Origin: Candidatus Omnitrophota bacterium
Lineage (GTDB): Bacteria > Omnitrophota > Omnitrophia > Omnitrophales > Aquincolibacteriaceae
Assembly: GCA_043732705.1 (NCBI GenBank)
Contig: JAYTHE010000002.1
Coordinates: 127,608-191,607 of the forward strand
Length of the DNA: 64,000 nt
Direction of reading: 5' to 3'
Of this stretch, positions 29,511-37,683 are shown one piece after another (within the stretch, counting starts at the first letter, position 1; every line of letters starts with the position of its first letter). The notes under the pieces are model-generated. The model saw nothing but the letters and a program-made list of their open reading frames with translations. It ran no database searches and was not told the DNA's origin. The position numbers and the translations under genes were made by a program.

Positions 29511-30659
29511 TCAGTGATGCTCCTCGGCAGTCCAAATCGGATCCTGTTTAAACGTTAAAGGTGTGCGCGCTAATTGGCGCATCACAAAACCCAGCCAGAT
29601 TGAACCTAACGTGATCCAGCAGGCAAAGTCGAGCCAAGACATTGTAAAATGGGGATAATGCGTCGGCTTAACCTGCCAGATTAAATCCAGCCAGCGGATA
29701 ACAAGAATTAAACAGGCAACTTTGACAAGTCTCTCGGTTTTTCGTTTTACAAAGCGCATCAGCAGCAAAAAGAAAGGCGTAACAAATTGGAAAAGGAAAA
29801 CAAAAGTAATTAAATATTCCCAGCCGCCGCGTGAGCGGTGAATGTACCAAGCCGCTTCGGAGGGTTGATTAGCTGACCAGATAATAATGAACTGTGAAAC
29901 TGAAGTATAGGCCCAGAGCATGACCGTTGCGAAAAGCAAAGTTCCAAGGTCGTGCAGGCGGTCAATTGATAAAACAGTTTGCATTGAGTTATTATTTTCT
30001 TTGCGCAGGAAAACCGTCACGATGATTGCAAAAGCTAAAGCGGACATCGCAAAGTGCACGCCGAAGATCGCGCCATAAATCGTCGAAAACCAGTTGGGTT
30101 CAAGCGACATACCCCAATCAAAAGCGCCGAAGGTCACAGTTAAAGCATACAAAACCATTCCGACGCCGCCGTAACCGGTCAGTCGGTGCAATGTTTTCGG
30201 ATTGGGTGTTTCATCCTGAATAGCAGAGTGTTTGCGAAGCTTACACGCAAGAAAAATCCAAACTGCAAAGTAAATTGCAAAACGCGCTAAAAAGAAAGGT
30301 GTGTTCAAATAAAGTTTTTGCACATCATGATGGGTGCCGTTGGGCTGAAGCCAAACATATAAAGTTTTTAAATTGAGGGCGATGGGAATAAAAAGCAATG
30401 CACAAAGCGGCAATGCTTTCAAAACAGTTTCTTGTGTGCGGCGAATAACAAAGCCCCAGCCGCCCCAAGTTAAATGCTGGATCATGGTCAGCGGGAAGCA
30501 GCCGACAGTCAGTCCCAAAATATAAATCCAAGCAACCAAATAAGCATTTGCGAAAGCTTCAGGCTGTTTCCACCAGCCGAAAGCGCAAAGCAGAATACCG
30601 ATCCCACCGGTGATAAAGGCCTTATTTGAAAGCTGTTCGAATTTTTTTGCTGTTTCCAT
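29511..30659 (-). CDS. actF: alternative complex III subunit ActF
   Basis: DWGMSLEPNWFSTIYG, HDLG, QFIIIWSAN. Confidence 0.9.
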   Translation of the reverse strand: METAKKFEQLSNKAFITGGIGILLCAFGWWKQPEAFANAYLVAWIYILGLTVGCFPLTMIQHLTWGGWGFVIRRTQETVLKALPLCALLFIPIALNLKTLYVWLQPNGTHHDVQKLYLNTPFFLARFAIYFAVWIFLACKLRKHSAIQDETPNPKTLHRLTGYGGVGMVLYALTVTFGAFDWGMSLEPNWFSTIYGAIFGVHFAMSALAFAIIVTVFLRKENNNSMQTVLSIDRLHDLGTLLFATVMLWAYTSVSQFIIIWSANQPSEAAWYIHRSRGGWEYLITFVFLFQFVTPFFLLLMRFVKRKTERLVKVACLILVIRWLDLIWQVKPTHYPHFTMSWLDFACWITLGSIWLGFVMRQLARTPLTFKQDPIWTAEEHH

Positions 30660-30663
30660 AAAG

Positions 30664-31215
30664 TTAAGCCGTCTTCTTTTCTGACGAGGTATCGATTCGT
30701 CCTAAGGTTTGAACGTAAGCCGCGACATTCCAACGGTCTTCCGGGCTTAGTTCAGATTTAAATCCTGCCATGACATTGTAACCGTTGGTGATGACATCAA
30801 AGATTGAGCCGGGAGTGCGCGCTTTCACGTTCGCATGACTAAAAGGCAAAGGCTTTTTATAACCGCGGCGCACAACCATTCCATCTCCGGCGCCTGTCAC
30901 TCCGTGACAAACCAGACAGTAAATATTGTAACGGTCACGGCCGCGTTCAAGTGATGCGGCCGTGATCGGAAAAGGGAAATCTTTAGCGAATGAACCATCT
31001 TCAGTCTTACCGCGATAAAGATGGTTGTCTTCGCGCAAAAATCCTCGTGGAACTGTGCCGTCAATCAAATTGCGCGCTGTACTATTGTTTTCAAAGAAAG
31101 GTGTTTCTTCGTAAGGCTTGTAGCGATTACCGTCGCGCATGTTGTCACATGCTGACAACGTGACCATTGCAAGCAAACATGATAGCAACCAGATTGTATT
31201 TTTTTTCAAATGCAT
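30664..31215 (-). CDS. actE: alternative complex III monoheme lipoprotein ActE
   Basis: LSAC lipobox, GTVPRG, CLVCHG, DRW. Confidence 0.9.
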   Translation of the reverse strand: MHLKKNTIWLLSCLLAMVTLSACDNMRDGNRYKPYEETPFFENNSTARNLIDGTVPRGFLREDNHLYRGKTEDGSFAKDFPFPITAASLERGRDRYNIYCLVCHGVTGAGDGMVVRRGYKKPLPFSHANVKARTPGSIFDVITNGYNVMAGFKSELSPEDRWNVAAYVQTLGRIDTSSEKKTA

Positions 31216-31223
31216 AAATTTAT

Positions 31224-31337
31224 TTAGCCCAAGACTTATAGCTTAAAGCTCAAAACCACAACCCAAAGTCCAAAACTGCTCGAACAGCTATTAGTTCTAA
31301 GCTGTGGTTTTAAGCTTTGACCTTTAAGTTTTAACCT
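31224..31337. repeat. heptamer-periodic inverted element (family H)
   Basis: GCTTAAAGCTCAAAACCACA ... TGTGGTTTTAAGCTTTGA; homologous to reverse complement of 44190-44290. Confidence 0.75.
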
Positions 31338-31348
31338 CGAAGTTTATC

Positions 31349-31915
31349 TCAAGGATAAACTTCGCTGACTGCTTTCGGACTCAAACCCTGTAAAAAAGAT
31401 TTTGTTTGCTCTGTTTCAAATTTTTTATCAATTGAAGCAATAATCAAAAAGAAACCATCCGATGTGGCGCGTTCAAAATTCTGGGAATTAAAAACAGGAT
31501 GATAAGGGCGCGGCAAACCGCTGGAGCGCAATAAACTGATAAAACAGGTGAAGGCCGCAAAAAGCACGGTCATTTCAAAAGTAATGGGCAAAAACATCGG
31601 CCAGCTAAAAAGCTGACGGCCGCCGATATTCAGCGGGTAATTAAAAACGTGGCAAAAGGTAAGCATGCCAAAACCAAGGGATCCGCCCGTTATGCCGCCG
31701 ATTAATGTCGCGAGAGGAACGCGTGTTTTAGTGACACCCATATCTTCCGCGAGATTATGACTCGGAAAAGGGCTGTAAGCTTCCACATCTTGAAAACCGG
31801 CCTCGTACGTTTTTTTCGCGGCTTTGCGCAAAGCGCTTGGGCTGTCAAACTCGGCAATGAGGCCGTAGATTTTTCTTTCGTCCAGAATTGAGGGAACGTA
31901 ATTGAGTTCACCCAT
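31349..31915 (-). CDS. actD: alternative complex III subunit ActD (DUF3341)
   Basis: AYSPFP, NIGGR..SWP..PITFE, YHPVF. Confidence 0.9.
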   Translation of the reverse strand: MGELNYVPSILDERKIYGLIAEFDSPSALRKAAKKTYEAGFQDVEAYSPFPSHNLAEDMGVTKTRVPLATLIGGITGGSLGFGMLTFCHVFNYPLNIGGRQLFSWPMFLPITFEMTVLFAAFTCFISLLRSSGLPRPYHPVFNSQNFERATSDGFFLIIASIDKKFETEQTKSFLQGLSPKAVSEVYP

Positions 31916-33287
31916 GATGCGAAACTTCCTTTTTCTTTTCTTTGACAAGAGTTTGCATTTCAAAAATAGAAATCATCGGTAAAGAGCGGATAAACAAAAA
32001 CAAAAGAGTGAAGAAAAGTCCGATCGAACCGACAAAAGTCGCGATATCCCAAAACTTGGGATAATACATTCCCCAGGATGACGGCATAAAATCACGGTGA
32101 AGACCCATAACAATAATGACAAAACGTTCAAGCCACATTCCAATGTTAACAACGATAGTAATGATCCAAAGAATCTTGAGATTTTTACGGATAGCATCAA
32201 TCCAAAGCATTTGGGGGATAATGACGTTGCAGACAATGAGCGCCCAGTAGAAACCGGCATAAGGGCCGTAAAAGCGGTTCAGCATCATGAAGCGTTCATA
32301 TTTTTCGCCGCTGTACCAGGCAATAAAAGTTTCCAGAAAATAACCGTAAGCGACAATCAGTCCTGTCGTAATAATAACTTTGGCCATGTTATCGATATGC
32401 TTTTCGGTAATAAAGCCTTCCATGCCGAAAGCTTTGCGCAACGGAATGCAAATGGTAAGTACCATCGCGAAACCCGAGAATACCGCACCCGCAACGAAGT
32501 AGGGCGGGAAAACAGTTGTGTGCCAGCCGGGAATCATCGAAACAGCGAAGTCGAAACTTACAGTCGTATGAACTGAAAGAACGAGCGGTGCCGCGAGACC
32601 CGCGAGCAAAGTGCAGGCGGTTTCATAACGAAACCAATGGCGGGCCGATCCGCGCCATCCGAGCGCGAAGAAACCATAAATTCTTTTCAGCCAAAGCGGT
32701 TTCGCACGGTCGCGCATCGCACCTAAGTCGGGAATCAAACCTGTGTACCAGAAAAGTACAGATACCGAAGCATAAGTTGAAACCGCGAACACATCCCACA
32801 TCAGCGGACTGCGGAATTGCGGCCAAAGCCACATCGTATTCGGCAAAGGGAAAAGCCAGTACATACGGTCAGGACGGCCCAAATGAATTAAAGGGAACAT
32901 GCCGGCACAAGCAACGGAGAAAAGCGTCATCGCTTCGGAGAAACGGCTGATGGACATGCGCCATTTTTGTTTACAAAGCAAAAGGATCGCTGAAATAAAA
33001 GTTCCGGCATGGGCGATACCCACCCACCAAACGAAGTTGATAATATCAAATGCCCAACCGACGGGATTGTTGTTTCCCCAAATACCGATACCGCGATAAA
33101 AAAGCCAGCCTACCGAAACCATCAACAAACAAAGCAAAGTCATAGAAATCGCAAGGCCTGTGCCCCAGCCTTTTACAGCGGGACCAAGGACTGCACCCGT
33201 GATTTTTTGATTGATCGAGTCGTAGTTTAACTGCGGATCAAGTATTTTTTCTTCTGGATACGCAATTGTTCCGTCTTTGTCACTCAT
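31908..33287 (-). CDS. actC: alternative complex III quinol-binding subunit ActC (NrfD family)
   Basis: NFVWWVGIAHAGT, HLGRP, SPLMWD, GMWLERF. Confidence 0.93.
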   Translation of the reverse strand: MSDKDGTIAYPEEKILDPQLNYDSINQKITGAVLGPAVKGWGTGLAISMTLLCLLMVSVGWLFYRGIGIWGNNNPVGWAFDIINFVWWVGIAHAGTFISAILLLCKQKWRMSISRFSEAMTLFSVACAGMFPLIHLGRPDRMYWLFPLPNTMWLWPQFRSPLMWDVFAVSTYASVSVLFWYTGLIPDLGAMRDRAKPLWLKRIYGFFALGWRGSARHWFRYETACTLLAGLAAPLVLSVHTTVSFDFAVSMIPGWHTTVFPPYFVAGAVFSGFAMVLTICIPLRKAFGMEGFITEKHIDNMAKVIITTGLIVAYGYFLETFIAWYSGEKYERFMMLNRFYGPYAGFYWALIVCNVIIPQMLWIDAIRKNLKILWIITIVVNIGMWLERFVIIVMGLHRDFMPSSWGMYYPKFWDIATFVGSIGLFFTLLFLFIRSLPMISIFEMQTLVKEKKKEVSHHG

Positions 33288-33301
33288 AAATGCCCCTGTC
33301 G

Positions 33302-33323
33302 GCGGTTGAGCTTTGCTCAGAGC
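33302..33323 (-). repeat. mini-hairpin GCTC-TG..CA-ACCGC (intergenic copy)
   Basis: Reverse complement reads GCTC TGAGC AAA GCTCA ACCGC. Confidence 0.75.
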
Positions 33324-33335
33324 CCAAAATTAACT

Positions 33336-36300
33336 TCATGCTGGCGATCCTGATTTAAATACGTCCGGGCTCAATGACGGTACTTCCGGGCCAGTCTCAA
33401 AGTTGAGCGCCGGATTCGGATTTTTAATTTTTGCTAAATAATTAACGCGCGGAAAAGTCGCGAGATCGGTCAAGATGCGATAGCTGACCGGTAGTGCGCG
33501 CAATTTTGAAAGCGCGCTTTCCGGATCTTTAAGATTACCAAAAGTAATGGCTTCAGTCGGACAAGCTGTTTGGCAGGCGGTTTTGATTTCGCCGTCCCGG
33601 ATGAGGCGGTTTTCTTTTTCCGATGTAATTCGCGCCTGATTAATTTTCTGAACACAGAACGTGCATTTTTCCATCACGCCGCGATTGCGTACCGTAACAT
33701 CAGGATTATGCATCAGCTTCAAAGCTTCACTGTGCTTATCGCGGTTGGTATACGCTAAGAAATTAAAGCGGCGAACCTTATAAGGGCAGTTATTAGCACA
33801 ATAACGTGTGCCGACGCAGCGGTTGTAAGCCATTTCATTTAAACCTTCGGGGCTATGCGTGGTCGCGCCGACGGGGCAAACCGTTTCGCAGGGCGCATTT
33901 TCACAATGCTGACACATCACAGGCTGCATGAGTGATTTTGCATCGTCCATATTACCTTCATAATAATGGTCAATGCGGATCCAATGCATTTCACGGCCGT
34001 TCGCGACTTCTGTTTTTCCGACAATAGGAATATTGTTTTCAGAGTTGCAGGAAATCACGCAGGCATTACAGCCAATGCAGGCATTTAAGTTAACCGCCAT
34101 ACCCCAAGCATAGTTGGGAGACGTTTCGCGTTTGGCTCCGGCATAAAAACTATTTTTCGCGACGGTGGAATTTTCTTCTTCTTCCACTTGTGCGAATTCG
34201 GGATTTTTTAAGAATGTTTCAAGCGTTGCAGTGCGTACAAGCTCGCGGTCTTCCATGCTTTGATGCAGCTGCGTGGAAGCGAGTTTCATATGCTTACCGG
34301 TTTTACGGACTTCAATTTGAGCTAGCCAAAAAGGCGAAGCTAAAGTTTGAAGGGCATAAACATTGGAGCCGGAACCCAAACCAATTTGTCCGCCGCGTGT
34401 GCGTCCATAACCAAGTGAAAGCGCGATGTTACCCGAAGTTTGTCCGGGCACAATATAAATAGGTGTTTCAATTTTATTGATACCGTTATCAATTTCAATG
34501 ATGTCGCCGTTGTGGACATTTAACTTTTCAGCCGAAGATGGGCTTAAAAGCGCCGCATTGTCCCAAGTTAACTTGGTGAAAGGCTTCGGCAACTCCTGAA
34601 GCCATGCATTGTTTGAAAACTGTCCGTCCCAAACACTTTCATCGGGGCGAATTGTCGCTTCCCATTCATTTTCGGGGAAGGGGCCGCTGAGTTCATCGGC
34701 GGTCCATTCTGATTTGGATGTTAAATTTTTGGCGGGGAAAGCGCTGTCTGCGATAAATCCGTCATGCAATGCGCGATGCCAGGCCTTGTCAAAACTTAAA
34801 CCTAATTTATCTTTCCAATAAGCCTTAACAGATTGTTCCGACGTTTTTCCTGATTCGCCTGCAAGCACTGCGAGCAATTCATGTTCGGAAATACCGTCAT
34901 AAAGCGGCAGGATGAGCGGTTGAATCATGGTCACGGTGCCGTCTGATGCGCGGCCATCCGAAAAATGTTCAAGAAAATGAGTTGCAGGAATATGCCACTG
35001 ACTGACTGCTGCAGTTTCATCCGCGTGCAAACCATGATGCGCAATGAAAGGTACTGAACCAAGGAGCTGTCCGAAAGGCAAATCTCCGGGAGCGGCATAA
35101 ACCGGGTTCACTCCGAGAATGAAAAGCGAAGAAACTTTTTTATCACGAATATCGGTTGCAAGCTGGGTTAAAGAAACTCCGTGTAAAACAGGGTCTTGTT
35201 CAATCGGTTCAACCCATTTGATTGTTTTGCCGGTATTACCGAGTTGATCATTGATTGCAAAAACCAAAGCCTGAATGCGGGCGGGCAATGTTTCACCGGC
35301 AAGCACAAGTGATTTTCCGGCTGCTCCGCGCAAATCTTTGGCTGCGATATCAAGCCAATGCTGTTCTTCGGTTGTGAGCTTCACGCTTGAAACCGGCTGG
35401 ATATTATTGACACCGACACGCTGCGCAAGGCTTTCAGCAACCGCGATCATTCTCGAAACTTTAGAGTGTAAAACATGGTCGGCCGCGGCGCCGGTTAAGG
35501 TGGGATCAGCTTCAACCACATAAAGACGGTTCATGTTTTTCTTTTCATATGCTTTGCGTTCGTGCGCGAACTCGCGCGCGTAACGCAAACTGCCGGGAAG
35601 ATTAATTAAAAAATTAGAGCCGATTGAAAAAATAACATCGGCTTTTTTAAAATCATAAACCGGATCGGCATATTCTTTAAAAGCCACTTTTTGCGCACGG
35701 CGCGATTCGTCGATATTTACGGGGTCATAACGATGCCATTTTGCTTTTGGAAAACGCGCGAGCACTTGTTTGATTTGAGCGCCGAGAGTCGGGGAAGTGA
35801 TCGTGCTCGTTAAAATGCGGAGACCTTCGCCGCCGTTTGCATCCCATTCTTTTAATTTCTTTTCAACTTCGGAAGTAAAAGATTTCCAGCTCGCGTTTTG
35901 GCCGGATTTTAAAACGACCTTGGAACGGTCTGGATCATAAAGCCCGAGTACTGCGGCTTGGTGGAAAAGGCTGGTTGCGCCTAAACTGTCGGCATGTTCA
36001 GGGTTACCATCAATTTTTGTCGGACGGCCCATGTGGGATTCGACAAGTAATCCTGTGGTATGGCGGTTGAACGGCATTCCGGTCGCGTAATAAAGCGGTT
36101 TCCCGGGAATAATTTCTTCCGGCATTTTCACGTACGGCACGATTTTTTCGCGCGGCGGGGAACAGCCGGGCATGGCGGCAAGTAAAAGCGAAGCGCCCAT
36201 CAATTTCAAAAATTCGCGGCGGCTTGAAGGATCATTATCTTGCGCGGAACCATTCGGAAACTCTTCTTTCATGTAAGACATGAATTCCGGTGTTTCAGCA

Positions 36301-36389
36301 ACTTCTTCTAGCGAACGCCAAAGATTCTTGCCGGTTTTTTGTCCCATCTTTTCGCGCAGCCAATTTAAATTAAATCTTGAATCATTCAT
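33336..36389 (-). CDS. actB: alternative complex III subunit ActB (molybdopterin-like + Fe-S domains, TAT variant)
   Basis: WRSLEE, SRREFLKLMGAS, CIGCNAC, CQHCENAPC, CVGTRYC, EKCTFC. Confidence 0.93.
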   Translation of the reverse strand: MNDSRFNLNWLREKMGQKTGKNLWRSLEEVAETPEFMSYMKEEFPNGSAQDNDPSSRREFLKLMGASLLLAAMPGCSPPREKIVPYVKMPEEIIPGKPLYYATGMPFNRHTTGLLVESHMGRPTKIDGNPEHADSLGATSLFHQAAVLGLYDPDRSKVVLKSGQNASWKSFTSEVEKKLKEWDANGGEGLRILTSTITSPTLGAQIKQVLARFPKAKWHRYDPVNIDESRRAQKVAFKEYADPVYDFKKADVIFSIGSNFLINLPGSLRYAREFAHERKAYEKKNMNRLYVVEADPTLTGAAADHVLHSKVSRMIAVAESLAQRVGVNNIQPVSSVKLTTEEQHWLDIAAKDLRGAAGKSLVLAGETLPARIQALVFAINDQLGNTGKTIKWVEPIEQDPVLHGVSLTQLATDIRDKKVSSLFILGVNPVYAAPGDLPFGQLLGSVPFIAHHGLHADETAAVSQWHIPATHFLEHFSDGRASDGTVTMIQPLILPLYDGISEHELLAVLAGESGKTSEQSVKAYWKDKLGLSFDKAWHRALHDGFIADSAFPAKNLTSKSEWTADELSGPFPENEWEATIRPDESVWDGQFSNNAWLQELPKPFTKLTWDNAALLSPSSAEKLNVHNGDIIEIDNGINKIETPIYIVPGQTSGNIALSLGYGRTRGGQIGLGSGSNVYALQTLASPFWLAQIEVRKTGKHMKLASTQLHQSMEDRELVRTATLETFLKNPEFAQVEEEENSTVAKNSFYAGAKRETSPNYAWGMAVNLNACIGCNACVISCNSENNIPIVGKTEVANGREMHWIRIDHYYEGNMDDAKSLMQPVMCQHCENAPCETVCPVGATTHSPEGLNEMAYNRCVGTRYCANNCPYKVRRFNFLAYTNRDKHSEALKLMHNPDVTVRNRGVMEKCTFCVQKINQARITSEKENRLIRDGEIKTACQTACPTEAITFGNLKDPESALSKLRALPVSYRILTDLATFPRVNYLAKIKNPNPALNFETGPEVPSLSPDVFKSGSPA

Positions 36390-36405
36390 TTTTTTCCTTA
36401 AAACC

Positions 36406-36470
36406 CTGTCATGGCGAGGAGCTTGCGACGAAGCCATCTCTAGATTGCTTCGCTTTGCTCGCAATGACAG
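36406..36470. repeat. REP-like doublet CTGTCAT..GCGAG..GAAGC..ATC / GATTGCTTCGC..CTCGCAATGACAG
   Basis: Inverted arms; half copy at 41452-41482. Confidence 0.85.
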
Positions 36471-36487
36471 CGATACTACTTTATCTG

Positions 36488-37138
36488 TTACCTATGGCAA
36501 GCACTGCAGTTTTGAACACTGCGCACTTTACCTTTTTGCATCAATTCGTGTTGAACTGCCGCGATATTTTCCGGTTTCTGCCAATGCATATTAAAGACCT
36601 GGTCTGTGGGTCTTAAATTTCCCTCAGGGTGACGATGGCATTCTAAGCACCAGCTCATTTGCAGCGTATTTTTTTTACGCATCAAAGGCATTTCATCTAC
36701 TTGTCCGTGGCAGGTTACACAGCTGACACCTTTTGATATATGGATACTGTGATTGAAATAAACGTGATCGGGAAGATCGTGCACGCGCCACCAATTCAGC
36801 GGTTTGCCGGTGCGCCAGCTTTCGCGGACAGGCGCAAGCGAGGGTGATTCTTTCCAAATAACATTGTGGCATTTCATACAAGTTGCGGTGGGTGGGATGC
36901 CGGCAAAAGATGATTTTTCAACGGAAGTGTGGCAAAAGCGGCAGTCAATGCCCACGTCTTTGACGTGATGTTTATGGCTAAAAGGGACAGGCTGCTCAAT
37001 CGAAACGCCTACCTTAGTAATATAGTTGGAGCGCATCCAGTAAAATAGGAAAGTTCCGATTCCGACAACAAAAAGAAGCGCCCCAATGATAGTGGCGCGC
37101 GCAATCGTGTTATCTCTCGGCGAAAATATTTGTTTCAT
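36488..37138 (-). CDS. actA: alternative complex III pentaheme cytochrome ActA
   Basis: QPVPFSHKHH; five CxxCH motifs (CRFCH, CMKCH, CVTCH, CLECH, CSACH). Confidence 0.93.
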   Translation of the reverse strand: MKQIFSPRDNTIARATIIGALLFVVGIGTFLFYWMRSNYITKVGVSIEQPVPFSHKHHVKDVGIDCRFCHTSVEKSSFAGIPPTATCMKCHNVIWKESPSLAPVRESWRTGKPLNWWRVHDLPDHVYFNHSIHISKGVSCVTCHGQVDEMPLMRKKNTLQMSWCLECHRHPEGNLRPTDQVFNMHWQKPENIAAVQHELMQKGKVRSVQNCSACHR

Positions 37139-37348
37139 CTAGAATAAAAAAAAATGTTATGATTTCTATCTCGCCGGCGCAGAGCTTTGCGGCGGGTAAA
37201 TAGATTTAGGAAAGGGTGCATTGTACACAATTTCCTATTTTTTTCGAATACAAAATACAAATTTTTTTCAAATTCAATCAGATTGAATCTTAGCGCAACG
37301 CAATTTGAATTTGATGCGAAATAATTCAGTTTTTCAGGAGGAGAATTT

Positions 37349-37582
37349 ATGAGTATGCCGGGTCCCATGGAGTTAGTGCTGATCTTTCTCGTTATTTTGT
37401 TGCTGTTCGGTGCGAAACGTATTCCTGAAATTTTGAGATCTTTCGGCGAAGGCGTCAAAGAGTTCAAAAAGGGTATGTCGAACCTGAACGACAACAGTAA
37501 TAATCAGCAAAACAATCAGGGAAATTCGAATCAGTCGAATTCCTCCCAGAATAGCCAGCAGAATACACAGAATAAACAGTAA
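37349..37582 (+). CDS. tatA: twin-arginine translocase TatA/E
   Basis: GPMELVLI..LLFGAKRIPE..GVKEFKK; AGGAGG RBS. Confidence 0.93.
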   Translation: MSMPGPMELVLIFLVILLLFGAKRIPEILRSFGEGVKEFKKGMSNLNDNSNNQQNNQGNSNQSNSSQNSQQNTQNKQ

Positions 37583-37683
37583 TTCTGCAATTTGGGCTGA
37601 AATTGTCGTAGAGAAAGGTGAGAATTTTACATTCCCACCTTTTTCTATTTTTAAAGCTATTTTGATGTATTTCATCCCAAAAA

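Noticed and set aside
36390-36464. N-terminal extension of ActB (MRAKRSNL...) in the ORF track
   Set aside because: It is translation through a REP element; an RBS precedes the ATG at 36389.
37486-37579. Asn/Gln-rich TatA tail as a prion-like domain
   Set aside because: TatA C-termini are normally disordered and variable; about 30 aa is too short to support the claim.
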